Source: Cenococcum geophilum
Lineage: Eukaryota
DNA length: 64,000 bases
Assembly (NCBI GenBank): GCA_050273025.1
Contig: CP158636.1
Location: forward strand, 9,052,001-9,116,000
Direction of reading: 5' to 3'
Shown here: positions 51,049 to 64,000 of the stretch, piece after piece
Layout of the letters: every line of letters starts with the position of its first letter
Numbering within the stretch: the stretch's first letter is position 1
Notes under the pieces: generated by a model
Databases searched by the model: none
What the model was told of the DNA's origin: nothing
Seen by the model: the letters and a program-made list of their open reading frames with translations, nothing else
Position numbers and translations under genes: made by a program

Positions 51049-54000
51049 TATAAGTAACGATATTAACTAAATTAATTAGACGGACATTATACCTCTAGTA
51101 AACAACTTAAAGATACTAGGTATCTTTAAGGACGAAGATAGAGAGGAGGGAGATAGTATTACGAACGCTTTAAGTATAATATTACAACTACTTAGAGAGG
51201 AGTTAGAAGAAGCTAGTTGGTTAATATAGGCATGGTCCAGGATGGAACCCGTGGAACTATATAATGAGGAATAGTAGCTAAGGTTATATAACGTGCTATA
51301 TATTAAACGCGAGAAACAAGAGGAACTTATATACCTTATATATAACACGTATATTATATATAAGGAGGATTTTATAGAAGTACGGTTGTGTATTTAAGGA
51401 CCCTTAGTCCCTACCTAGATAGTTCCTTCCTTATAGTAATTCTTAAAATATAATTAGAGTTAATCTATTGGGCAACCACTCCACCAGTTGTTATTACGTT
51501 ATTGACTTACTTGCAATACCTATATACCTAGCCCATTAACAAGTCTACCGTAGTTCCTGCTATAAGGCTCCGTTATATAGTTTGCCTTTTAGGAATTTTT
51601 TAATATTAGTATTGACTATCTTCCGATATAAAAGCTTGGGTTTAGTTTTTAGATTTATCTTAAAAAAGTTATAAAAATAGGGGGGGAGCACTTTACGGGC
51701 TTCCTTTATTATATAGTCGCCTTCTACTAGCTAGCGGAAAGACCTTTCTAATAGGTTTAGTACTTCTATTAGGCCTATAAGCAGCTCTTTAAGTAGCTAT
51801 TAGTACTTATCTTATTTAACTAGTTCTACTAGCTCCGCTATATAGATCCTTATTACCTTTACGTCTTTTTATTTATAGAACTAGGTAAAATTAATAGCAT
51901 AAGTGCATTTAATATCGTCTAGGTTAGGGCGTGTCTAATTCTCCGGTGCTATGGCTGGGCTAGTACGGCTTAGTTGGCCTAGGGGGGCGGAAACGAGGCG
52001 GTGGCCCTATATAGTACGCGCGGGAGATAAGTATAAGGTTAGGCGTTACAGTGGCGCGGTTTCTATTATCTGGGTCTTAGTAGTTCTATAGCTAGTCCTT
52101 ATTATAATATAAGCTGTAGTGTGCGTATATAGTATATAGCTTAGTTCTAGGTATTAAGCTAGGCGGCTAGGGTTTAAATAGTGCCTAGGTTAGGGTTAGA
52201 TTTTTAGTAGTAGCGGCGCGAAACGGACCTTCTTCCTTAGTCTCGGTACGGCTGGCTAGCCTGTTATTTTAGTCTTAAGTACTAGGGTAGTCTAGTCTTC
52301 TACTATCTCGTTTCTTTGCAGCTATACGAGCTCCCCTTTATTAGGAATGTCTTTTACTATTAAGGCTTTATATATAGTTCTAGGTACTAGGCTTAGTAGT
52401 ACTAAGTATCAATATAGGGCGTCCCTGCTAACGTTAGTTATCCCCTACGGGAGGCAGTGCCTAGAGTAGTAGTCTAAGTTAAAGTAGATCTTAAGTTTCC
52501 TAAAGCTAAAACGGGGCTTATACTTCTAAAGCTAGGGCATACCTAAGATAATTAGGGTAGTAGGCAAGAGTTTAGTAATAAAAAAGAGTATAGCTTTAGT
52601 ATAGAGGCCGATTAACATTTAGGCGGTAAAGTAGTCTATAATAAGTGAAGTTGGGATACTATCTGCGAGGCGCAGTAGCCTAGGTGCTAGTAGCTTCTTA
52701 GTTATAATATTATACTTTCTTATAATAGACTCTATATTAGTAAATGCTATTATAGTACTACTAGAGTCCACTAGGCTTACTGTATTAATATAAATTTGGG
52801 GGTATAGGTTACGTAATAAGGAGAGTTGGGTTTAAATAAGGATTAATTTCTTATTACTGTTTGCTAATCTAAGATTAAGTGGTAGTTTACTAATAGAAAG
52901 GACTAATTAATCTAGTAATAGGGACCTAATCTTCTCGTCTTCCTCCTTATATAGTTTAGACTTTTAGATATAACTTAGTCTAAGGGTCTGCCTTTTAATA
53001 ACTAGGGTATAGAGCTGTCTTAGCGGGGCGGTCTAGTGTCCGTCTAGCTGGCGGTGTCAGTTTTAGTTTTAGTTAGGGTATAGGAAAATAATACCTCACT
53101 AATAACGTAGCCGTATTTATATTTGCTAGCGCGAAGTTACTAATACTAGGCGTTATTAACGGGTTAGGCTCCTATATAGGGTATAGTTTGGAGTAACTAA
53201 GCCGTAGGGTTAAAGGGGGGGGGGTCGTCTACCGCGGCTATAATAGGCTCCGCGGTTACCGCGTCCATAATAGACTTTACGGTTACTACGTCCGCGGTTA
53301 TTAGTTCGCGTCATTTAATAGGGTGGCATTAGGACTGGGTTTGCTGTCTTAGTGGGGTTATAGGCATCCTTTTAGTAGCTAGGCAGGCTATAAGCAAAGT
53401 ATAGTCTATCATTAACGCGGCGCTTACGCTCCGTGTTTAAGATTTTATTATGGTCTATAAGTTCTCTAGTTATTACTAGGGTTAGGGTTAATATAGGGGC
53501 AGGGGCTTAGGCAGGTAGGTAGTGGTTAGCGTTTTTTTTAAGGTTGGCTTAGTATATATAGTTTATAAGGTTCTTAATAAACATATCTATCTACTTACTC
53601 TAACCTATATAGTCGCTATCGTTGATTTTATAGGCAAGTCTAAGTACCAGCTCTTCCATCTTTAGAGAGATAAACTTTTAGAGTAGGTCCACCTTCTATT
53701 TATTTATCTTCTTAGCGCGGACTATTAGCTTATTAAGCTCTCCCTTCTAGGACTAGTAATTACGCTTGCCCTAGGGGAAATAGTTAAGCTTATTCTTTGC
53801 GACCTAGGTTATATTAAGGACCTTATAGTAGGCAGTAAGGTCTTTAAGCATATCTTCCTTAATAGGCCTTTTTTATATAGATGTGTTATTTGGGTTCTTA
53901 TATATAAGCTCTAAGCCCTACTTAATAAACTTATAGGCCTTTTCCTCTAGTATATCTAAGATATAAAGGATCTGGGACTAAACTATATTAAAGTAGTCCT

Positions 54001-54637
54001 AGTTCTAGTTAAAGACTCCCTTAATCTTAATATGCTAGGTCTTAAAATTAGCTTATTATTTTAGTAGGGTGCCTTTTCCGCTAAATATTAGCGGGTCTTT
54101 AGATCTCCGTTTTTTCTACTAGGTTACTACCGTTGTTATAGGGGTTAATTGTTTTAGAACGGTAATAGTCTCTACCTAAGAGTTAATAGTTCCTATTTAG
54201 GAAGCGATAAGGGCACTAAGGTTTTTATTAGCTTTTTTATTAGTGGTGTTTATATTATATATATACTATAGTTTTACTTTAATATTACTAAGAAACTCAT
54301 TAGTATAGTTAATAAGGGTAAGGTAAGCTTTACTAGGCTTAAAGGTCTTAGGGTACAGTAGGGAGCGGTGGATTGTCTATGTAATATTAGGGTATGTCTC
54401 TATAAAGAGGTCTGCAAAAACGTTACGGGGGTTTTAGGTTTTAGCCATTTCGGCGTCATTAGTGTCGCCTATCTAGGCGCTAGGTAAAAACTGAGGATCA
54501 TTCTAGGACTGTGCTAGGGGCGTATTAGTTTTAGTAGGGGCGCGTATAGGTCGCGATTGCTCTAGGGCGGAGATTAATTAGCTAAGGTATAGGGAATTAG
54601 TAATCGTAATGGGGCGCAAATTAAAGATACCATAAAC

Positions 54638-54824
54638 TATTACAGTGCTGTAATAAAGTAGACTAAATAACTACGTTGTGGTATAAAGAGGGGAAGAAGG
54701 TAGAAAGGGGGTATTGTATATAAATAGTAGGGCCGGCCGCTAAGTCGCTAGTGGTGGGCCAGCTAATAGTAGGAAATAGTATGAGATAGTATAAAACAGT
54801 ATGCGTTAGGTCAGTGCCGTGACA
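54638..54824 (-). repeat. 5' LTR of element C
   Basis: Direct repeat of 23907-24093, followed by the TSD ATTAA. Confidence 0.93.
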
Positions 54825-55159
54825 ATTAATCTAGTAGAACTTAGCAGGAATTAATTAAGGTAATAGAATTTAGTAAAATTTAGTTAAAGTGTTAAGTTTT
54901 ATCTATTAAGTGTTTTGCTAAGATATTTCTGCTATAGTTAGGCTAGTCCTATTGTAGGAAGTAATAGAAACTAGCTAAGTTATAAAGTAATAAGCAACTA
55001 GAATAGGAATAGGGCAATTACTAAAATTCGACCTAGATTAATATCCCCCCTAGCTTTAAGTATAAGGTATAGATATAAATAGGGAGTCTAATTAATAGAA
55101 TAATAGTAGATAGATAAATCCTTAAGGGAAAAGGAGAAGTCTATATATCAGGTAAAAAA

Positions 55160-56030
55160 TAAGGTTTAAACTTAGGAATAAAGATAGGCTAAGAGTTAAC
55201 CTAAGACACCTGGCGTATTATATATTATTATATATAGTATATATAGATAACCAATATAAAATATATAAAACGCTAAAGGCGAGGAACTAGAAATATCTAA
55301 TAAAAATATATTAGGCGCTAGATAAGCAATAAGATAGAAATACTAAGTATATATATGGCTAGCATCTAGTAGAAGTTTAAAAGTTAGATAACCTAACGCT
55401 TTAACTATAAAGATTTCTTATAGAAAAATGCCTAGATAAATAATAGTAGTAGAAATTCCTAGAAAATATATATCTATAGTATATAAAGGAAAATTAATAA
55501 ATAAAGTATTAGTTAAAGGCGGACTAAGTATTAACAAAATCTAGTAGCTAATAGTTAAGAAAAGGCAAGGCCTATAGGACTAGAGGGAGCTAGTAGTAAA
55601 GCCTTAAACCCTTAAAAGAATTTGAGGATAATATTTAAATTTAGGAGTTAAATAGCAAGATTAATAGTTCGAAGCACTAATAGATAGTAGAGTAATAAGG
55701 AACTATATATTACTAATAGCTATTAAATAAATAGGACTATCTTATAGATAAAAGGAGTACTCTTACCTACTAGTTATAATTTTGGGAGATCTAATAGCCT
55801 ATAGAAAAGGTATTATTAATCTTAAAATAGGACCTATTTAGATAACTATTAAAGGGAGACTAATTAAGATGTCTTTTAATATCCTACTATTAGGACGGGA
55901 TAAGGTAGTAATAGGGATGCCTTAGTTATAGAAATATAATTTAAAAATCAATTATGTTATAGGTTAGGTCAATATTAAAAATGCTTAATGCTATATAATA
56001 TAATAATAAACTAAAGTAATATGTAAAGAG
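55160..56030 (+). mobile_element. Family B fragment (end of gag extension and protease), heavily RIP-degraded
   Basis: Colinear with ~38690-39540 and ~44395-45240. Confidence 0.8.
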
Positions 56031-56769
56031 ACTAGGTAAGGGTTAATTATATAATAATAATAATAATTATTTATTACTTAACGTCCGATTTAGATCCCTA
56101 TTAGGCCTATATAGACTACTCCTTATTTATATATAGGGAGAAAACTCTAATTAAGAAAACCCCGTAATCTACCTCTCCACCTTTTAGGACTTGCCTACTT
56201 AGCGCCTATAAGTTACCTATAGTGCTCTACTACCTTACTTTTTAACCTCCTTAAGAACCACTGCTGCCGTAATAAGCCTACGGACGCGCTAGTATTGTAA
56301 ACTTTACTCTACTACTATAGAGTTATTAGGGGGCGTCTATTGCTCGCCTCTTTGCCCTTTATTACTATTTCCTTTATAACTTAGAACTGGTCTAGTATAT
56401 TTTAGCTAATAAGCCACTAGGTAACCGCCTTAAGACCTTTTTTTATTAAGAGTAGTGTGTTATAGTTCTCCGTGCCAGCTACTAAGAGTATTACTTTTTA
56501 GTTAGTATATAGGGGGCATAACAGTATTACGTATTTTGGTGTCTATCTTAGCCAGCTATATTTATATCTTAGGCTACCTACTAAAACACCTACCTAGTAA
56601 AGTGTCATGCGATGCGCTACCTATACCTGCGGTATAGGCTAGAGAGCTTATAAGGCATTCCAACCGGCAGCCCGTCCAGTCGCGAGACACTGCTGCTACC
56701 CTTTTGGTGGTTTGTATGGTCGAGTGGGTTGGGCTTGGGCATAATAGCTAGAACCCCTAAACTAGGTAT

Positions 56770-57309
56770 AAAATAAGGAAAAGTTACGCTAAGGTCGCGG
56801 CCAACCACCGTATTAAAATTTATGGTGGTTAAGATATTATAGAACTTTAACCGGCAATTAAAGTTATTTAATTAGCTAAATTCTTACCAAGAAACGCCTC
56901 GCGGACTAATTTAGGTAGTAGTATAGAGTTCTGCCGACCTTACTTACTAAACTAACTAATTAGGATTTTCTATGCCCGGCATAGAAAATCGCTATTAGCT
57001 TAGTTAAGGGCGGTAAGCGGAACTAATATCTTTGTGGTAAAAAATAGGTAACCCTATATACTGCCTATTTTTTAAGTTATTTATTTAGTTTAGAGACTAA
57101 ACTATCTAGGGGAGAGGAGTACTATTACGGCACTAACCTAACGCATACTGTTTTATACTATCTCGTACTATTTCCTACTATTAGCTAGCCTACTACTAGT
57201 GACTTAGCGGCTGGCCCTACTATTTATATACAATACCCCCTTTCTACCTTCTTCCCCTCTTTATACTATAACGTAGTTATTTAGTCTACTTTATTGCAGC
57301 ACTGTGATA
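56770..57309 (+). mobile_element. 3' end of a second family C copy (3' UTR, PPT, LTR 57123-57309)
   Basis: Reverse-complement match to 32430-32460 joined to 24421-23907. PPT GGGGAGAGGAG precedes the LTR. Confidence 0.88.
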
Positions 57310-59507
57310 TTTATAATATATTAAGGATAAAAAGCAAACTAGGTATTAGCTAAAGAGTAAGCTAAGTATATAGGGATTAAGTAACTAATAGTTAGGAAAA
57401 GTAGAGGCCTATTAAACTAAAGGGATAGTATTAAAGATACCTTAGTTATAGGAATATAATCTAAGAATTAATTAGGTTATAGGTTAGGTTAATATTAGAA
57501 ATACTTAATAACGCAAAAGGCGTATAGCTACTAAGTTAGTATAGTACTAAGTTAGAGCAATATACGAGGAAACTAAAAAGGGGTTATCCTATATACTAAA
57601 AAGATACTATAAGTATAGTAAAAAGCTATAGAGCCTAGAAAGGAAAAAGCTATTAGAGTATATAGTATAGGATTATAAGATAGAGTTAAAGCGGAATAAG
57701 TCTAAAGTTCTTTCTAATCTATAAATTAACTAAAGAGGAGTTAAGAGTACTTAAAGAGTTTATATAAAAGAACTTATAAGAGGGATATATTAGACTATCA
57801 TAGTTATTAGTAGGATATTTAGTATTATTTATACTAAAGAAAAATAGAAAGCTTGGGCTATATATTAACTATAAATAACTAAACAGCATTACCAGAAAGG
57901 ATAGGTATCCTTTACCCTTAATTAGCGAGATTTAAGATAGGATAAGTAATATATAAATCTTTATAAAGATAAATCTAAGATAGGCGTATCATTAGATTAG
58001 GATTAAGGAGGGCGATAAATAAAAGGTAGCCTTTAGGTTAAAGGAAAGACTATATAAACTATTAGTTATATAATTTAGACTTATAAACGTACTAGTAATA
58101 TTCTAAAAGCGAATTAATAATATATTAGGAGAATACTTAGATAAGTTTATTATAGTATACCTTAATAATATTATTATCTACTTAATAACTAAGGAAGAAT
58201 ACAGAGAAAACGTTAAATAGGTTTTAAAGAGACTATAAGAAGAACAGATACTAGTAGTAATTAAAAAATATATATTCTTTATAAGGAAGATAGATTTTAT
58301 TAAATTTATTATTAAACTAGGTTATATTAGTATAAATCTAAAGAAAATAGAAGCTATAGTAAATTAGTAAGAACTAGAAAACGTAATAAAATTAAGGCTA
58401 TTTTTAGGGTTTTATAATTACTATAAAAGGTTTATAGCACAATAGTTAAAGAATATTAAACCGTTTATAAGGCTTATAAAGAAAGAGAAACTATAGGTAT
58501 AGGGAAATAAGAAAAGAGATTATTTATAAAACTTAAGGAGTTATTTACCTAGGAACTAATTCTTAAGATTTACTAATTAGGGTTAGATATAGTTATAAAA
58601 ATAGATATATTATACTTTATATTAGGAGTATATTTGCTATAAAAGCACAGAAATGCATAGCATCTAGTAGTATACTATAGTTAAAAGATAACACTACTAG
58701 AGTTAAACAATAACATCTATAATAAGGAATTATTAGGTGTAGTTATAGTACTTAGGGAATAAAGAGTATTCTTATAAGGTAGAGAGAAACTATTTATAGT
58801 TAAGATAGATTATAAAAACCTAATAGAGGTTTTAATAATAAAAGAACTTAACTAGAAATAAGTTAGATAGGTAAAGATACTTATAAAATACTAATTTAAG
58901 ATTTAGTATACTAAGGGTATAGAAAATACAAAAGCTGACGCGTTAAGTAGAAAAGCTAAATTATAGAATAATAAGAAACTATTAGGGGTAATGCTATATA
59001 AAGACGAAGATAGATTAATTAGGTATAATTATCTAAAGATTACCATAATTTAGGAATATAATTCACTAGAAAGTAATTAGATAAAAAAGATCTAAACAGT
59101 ATAAAATAAGAATCTAGACTTAGAGCAATATAAAAATAGAGAAGTAACGTATATACTAAGAAGTATTATAAAAGAATTTGTTAATAAATTTTACTAGGGA
59201 ATAATATAGGGATATAAAAGGGCCTAAGGGCTAGTATTAAGACTCTAGAGGGGGTATATTATTAATAGATCTAGGGCTTAGTGAAAGAGGTTATAGGGGA
59301 GTATTTAGATTACTAAGGGAATAAGCTATATAGAAAGCTATAGCCTATTAAAATACTAGAGAGACTATAGGAGGTTATATTATAGGACTTTATTATAAAG
59401 TTGCCAAAGTTAAAGAATTCTATTATTAGGTAGGAGTATAATATAATCCTTATAATAGTAGATAAGTTAACTAAATAGGGCTACTTTGTAGTATATATAG
59501 AAGAAAT
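57310..59507 (+). mobile_element. Family B internal fragment (RT, RNase H, start of integrase; protease deleted), interrupted by element D
   Basis: Colinear with 39005-41365 and 49321-49497, except for a ~300-bp deletion at ~57425. Confidence 0.85.
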
Positions 59508-62500
59508 TATTAGCGACTTAGTCAATTCAAGGCACGAGTATAGTAAGAGGGACGCGTAAGCCTGTATAAATGGTAGTCTATAAATGAGGATCTAAAGCTA
59601 AAGAAAGGAAAGGAGATAGAGGGCGGCGCCGCTTAACGTTATATACAATCCTTTGGTTATATAACGGCAACTATTTAGAACTATGTAAAACTGTCTGCGA
59701 CTATCTGTAACTATTTACTATAATCTACTAATATCTATTAGCTATAATCTACTAGTTTTTACTAGTTTCTACTAGCGCCGTAATATTACCCCCCCTTCTA
59801 AAAAAGCCTGCCCTTAGGCTTTATACGTCCGTATTATGTTTATAAGGTATTTTTATCTTTATGCTTAATAGGTAGCTTATCGTCTTCGCTATTCCAGCAC
59901 TTTATTTACTTGTTAAGGTATTTTAGGGGTTTAGGTTTATTAGGGTAATGATTATAGAATTCTTAAAGCTTATAGGGACTACCTATAAAGTTTTATATAG
60001 GGTACTAAGTGGGGTCTAGGTCGTACCCTTTCTAACTAACACGATATTTTAACGTTCCCCTTATAAGCTTATAGGCTAGTATTTCTTTAATTTCCTATTT
60101 ATTGTCGCCATTAACTTAAATCAGCAGGGGAGGTTTATTCTTTTGTTTAGGTAATAGGGTATTTATAGCTTTCCGTAGTTTATCCGGAAAGAAAATAGGG
60201 TGAACTTTAATTAAATCTAGGAGCTTTACTTTGTATATATTGCCTATTTTCTTAAAAACTTTATTTAATCTTACTATCTAATAGTCTAGCTTACGGCTAG
60301 GTCGTTCCGTCTTTTAGTTCTTTATTATAACCCAGACTATATCTCCTACGGTAAAGTTAGGCTCTTGCCTATACTTATTCGCCTACTATTATATTAATTT
60401 TTAGACCTTTTCTAAATTTATACGGGCTACTATCTAGGCTTCTTCTAAACGTTTAGCGTACTGCTAGACTTTCTTATAAGATAGTTTTTCGCGTATAGTC
60501 TGGGGTCCTTCTAGTCTTTCCCAGTTAAAGCTTATATAGGGTAAGTAGCCTATTTCTAGCTAAATAGGGGCAAATCCTATAGAGTCATGGGGTAGGGTTG
60601 CTTGGGCGTAGTTTATTAAGGGTAATAGTTTAGCCTAGTTATTTTAGAAGTAGTTAATAAAGGGCCGAAGTCTCTAGTCTAAGTATTAATTTATAATCTC
60701 CGTCTAACTATTTATTTAGGGGTAGTATATAGTAGAAAGCTTTAGCTTAATACCTAAGGTCTGGGTAAACTTATTCTAAAAAGCTAATATAAATTACGGC
60801 CTATAATTGGATATAATAATATCTAGTAATCTGTAAATTTGGTAGATGTAGTAGATATACAGTTAGGCCGCCTCTTTAGTATTAATATTTTTATAATAGG
60901 GGATTAAGAACGGGCGCTTGCTAAAGCGGTTAACTAGGATTATAACTATATCGTATCTATTACGGTCTGTAGGTAGTTATAGAAGTCTATAAAGATATGC
61001 TACGAAGGGCGTTTTAGTATTAGGAGTGGTTTTAATAGTTCTAAGGTCTTATCTTATAGGATTATAGACCTATAGTAGTCGTTATAGTTTCGTATATAGC
61101 GGTTAATATCTATAACTATTCTAGGCTAGTAGTAGCGGTTACTAATAATCCTATAGGTCTTATTCTTTTTAGGGTAGGCCGTAGAGACCTAGGTATATGC
61201 TTTAGCAATAAGCCGAGTTTATAGGTTCTGTTTCTTTACTATTACTAGCCGTTCCTAATGCTTAAGTAATCCATTTTTGAGGGACTATAGGCTGGTAACG
61301 TCCTTTACCTTTTTACGGTACTTCTGTAGAGAAGGTGCTGTATAGTTTATCTATAGTAATTTGTTAATAAAGTTAAGTCCTAAAGGGTTAATAGAATACA
61401 TCTTAGCGTCTAAAAAGTCTATACTTAGTTCTGCCTATATCTAGGGGTTAAGGTGCTCTAGTTATAGTAGTATTTAGGTCTATAATAATATCTTTATAGC
61501 CGTCTAGTTACCTAGGTCCTGTTTACGTCTAGTAAGAGCATCTGCACAGTTTGTAGCGCCTAGTCTATATATAGTTAAGAAGTTAAACTAAGATAGGGTA
61601 TCTGCCTAGCGTGCCTACTAGGCCGTAAGGGCCTTAGTTATTATAAAGTATTCTAGGGCTTTATAATTCGAAACTACCTTAATAGGCTTAGGGGTCCCCT
61701 CTAGCCATATACGCTAGTGCTAAAAGCTAAAGATAATAGCTAGCATTTCTTTGTTATAGATATAGTAGTTTAGTTTAGCATTTATTATAGTCTTTAAATA
61801 GTATATAATAGGGTACTATTCTCCGTCCGGTTGCTTCTGGGGAAAAATACTAGCTATCGCGCCGTTTAAGGTATTAGTTTCTAGCATTAAGGGCCGTTCT
61901 AGGTTAAAGTGGGTAAGTAGGGGAGCTAATACTAGCCGGTTTTTAAGCTTATTAAAGGCCTGCATATATATAGCGTTCTACTAAAAGGGCTGGTCTTTCC
62001 TAGTAAGGCGGTTAAGAGGCTAGGCGATTCTGCTATAGTTCTTAATAAAGTATTAGTAGAAGTTATAGAAACCTAAAAATAATTGTACCCCCTTTACGGT
62101 CCGTAGGGGTATCCACTAGTTAATTACGGCTGTTTTCTCTAGGTTGGCCTTAATTCTGTCTATACTAGTAATAAACCCTAAGTACTTTATACACTTAACG
62201 CTAAATTTTAACTTTTTAATATTAGCCTAGAGACTAGCCTTGTGGAGCCGTTATAGGACTTTATAGACATGCTCCTTATATTCCAGCTCGTTCTTAGAGT
62301 AAATTATAATATTATCTAGGTAGGCCGTATAGAAGTTATTAAGGTAGTTAAAGAGTACATTATTTATATACCGCTCGTACGTAGCTAGTCCGTTAGTTAG
62401 TCTAAAAGGAAGTATTTTATACTTATATATTCCGTAATAGGTCTAAAATATAGTAAGATCCTTAGACCCGGGGTTTATCCTAATTTAGTAAAAGGCCTAG

Positions 62501-64000
62501 CGGATATTAAGCTTTATAAAGACCTTAGCTCTACTTATTTAGGTAAGAGTTTTATTAAATAAGGGTAGCGGATAGCGGTCCTTGTGGGTTGTTTTATTTA
62601 GCTTATAGTAGTTAATATAAAAGCGCAGTCCTCTACTTGGCTTTTTAATAAAAAAAATAGGTAAGTTAAAAGGGGCTTGGCTAGACTTAATAAAGCCCTT
62701 ATTTAGGTTGTTGATAAGGTACTACTTTGTAGCCTATAATTCGGCAAGAGACTGCGGGTAGAAAGGGCTAAAGCTAAGAGTGCTTCCCTTACCTTGCTTA
62801 ATCTCAATCTTATAGTTATATAATTAGTAAGGCGGAAGTATATTGGACACTGCCTTAGAGAAGACGTCTTTAATTTTCTAGTATTAATTAGGTAGTTTTT
62901 GTTCTACTAGTTTCTTATTTATAAGCTTACTTTTTTTTTCCTTAATTATTTAATTAATTTTATATAAACTAGTTATAAAGGTAACGGTATTAGGCTAAAC
63001 TAGGTTTTAATAGAATCCTATAGCGCTAGTATAGCAGATATTAACTAGTGGGAGGTCCGCAGGTCTCTTTAGCGTCTATTAGGCCATATTCTACAGTATA
63101 GGGTTTATAGTCTTCCTTAGCTTACGTTCCATTTTCTATAAGTTGTCCTTCCTATCTATTAGTTTAGTATAGCGTCTAATATTTCTAGCTTTTCTTTGTG
63201 GCTGTGTAGGGCCTAAGTTCTCTATAGGGGACTTAGTTAGGTTATTACTAACTTCCTAGGTCTCTAGTGCGGGCGGCGTATTATAGGTAGTTTAGGGGCG
63301 GCGTAGTATATAGATTTGTTGCGGGTTAAGCTATATATCCTTTTTAAAGGCCTAGTCCCTACGTATAGTATTAGCCTAGTAAATAGTATTAATCTAGGGT
63401 TATATAAGATTTTCTATTATAATGCTGATTTCTTTTATAAAGGCAGGGGTTAGGGGTAGGGTTTTAGGCTAGATAAGCCGTCTACTCTATATATCAAGCT
63501 ATAAGCCTAAATAGGCTAGCTATTTTCTCTTTAAAATTATATTATGGCTTCTTAGATCCGTAATAAGAAAGGGGATATTATATTACCTTTATCTATTAAC
63601 ACGGAGGTAAATCCGCAAGATAGTCGTAATAGGTAGTCCTATCCGCCCATTATACCCATAAATAGAAATTGGTTTAGGTAGTTCTTTAATAAGTATATTT
63701 AAAAAGTTATTTAGCTTTACGGCACACTAGGTATTTATTAAGGTAAAGGCATTTACTTTAGAGTTAGCTAAAGCAGAGGTTAAAACTTAATATTTATTAC
63801 GGAATAAAGTATAAGGGATAGTGTAGCTTCTTCTACTAACTAGCCAACCTAGATTAATATATAACATATTAATCCCTTTTAACCCTAGAGAGGAGTCTTT
63901 CTTTAGGGTTCCTCTTTTTCTAACCCCGCACTATCCTCCTAGATTAATAGAACTTCGTCCCTTTTTATATTTATTAGGTAGTCTTTTATAATATAGCCCT
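59508..64000 (-). mobile_element. Family D Ty3/gypsy element, 3' LTR 59508-59785 plus pol, continuing beyond the window
   Basis: LTR next to a poly-C PPT complement (~59789-59798). On the minus strand: chromodomain/integrase (~59900-61250), RNase H (~61550-61900), RT AYLDNI (~62315), protease ALANS (~63765). Confidence 0.9.

Larger units (their letters stand above)
35594..51577 (+). mobile_element. Complete family B Ty3/gypsy element B2 (~8.0 kb net), inserted between PR and RT of C; contains B3
   Basis: 421-bp LTRs at 35594-36014 and 51157-51577; TSD TAGTT. gag ATG CCA at ~36055, zinc knuckle ~37060-37100, protease ~39205, RT ~39800-40400. Integrase is split at 41365/49316. Confidence 0.95.
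23907..54824 (-). mobile_element. Complete family C Ty3/gypsy element (~6.9 kb net) carrying nested insertions B1 and B2(B3)
   Basis: 187-bp LTRs at 23907-24093 and 54638-54824; TSD ATTAA (23902-06, 54825-29); PPT complement at ~24097-24107. Minus-strand chromodomain/IN/RH/RT at 32430-35593 (AYLNNV ~34990); protease LVDSS ~52770; gag up to ~54450. Confidence 0.93.

Noticed and set aside
29714..51348. Short Ile/Leu/Tyr/Ser-rich ORFs in the AT-rich block (29714, 33370, 41797, 43301, 43813, 51076)
   Set aside because: Chance frames in RIP-mutated retrotransposon DNA; 41993-42193 is just a stop-free piece of gag.

Overview
Filamentous ascomycete (Pezizomycotina) genomic DNA with a strongly bipartite layout. 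A ~12 kb GC-balanced island (~11.4-23.6 kb) holds four intact intron-containing or single-exon genes: an Arg/Glu-rich conserved protein, ARV1, a polyproline-rich protein and a CoA-binding protein. It is flanked by AT-rich blocks of Ty3/gypsy (chromovirus-type) LTR retrotransposons degraded by RIP (repeat-induced point mutation; TpA excess, many TAA/TAG stops). At least four gypsy families are present (A-D, my labels). The right block resolves into a nest with four matching target-site duplications (TSDs): C (23907-54824, TSD ATTAA) contains B1 (24422-32429, GCGAC) and B2 (35594-51577, TAGTT), and B2 contains B3 (41366-49315, CTATA). The most unusual signal is an antisense, intron-containing extra gene between the chromodomain and the 3' LTR. 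In family B (4 copies) it reconstructs to a Zn(II)2Cys6-like cluster plus a coiled-coil-like segment. Family A carries a different Cys-rich antisense spliced gene at the same position. Families B and C also show LTR/PBS complementarity consistent with Tf1-type self-priming. All protein reconstructions in the repeats are manual and rely partly on reversing RIP changes.
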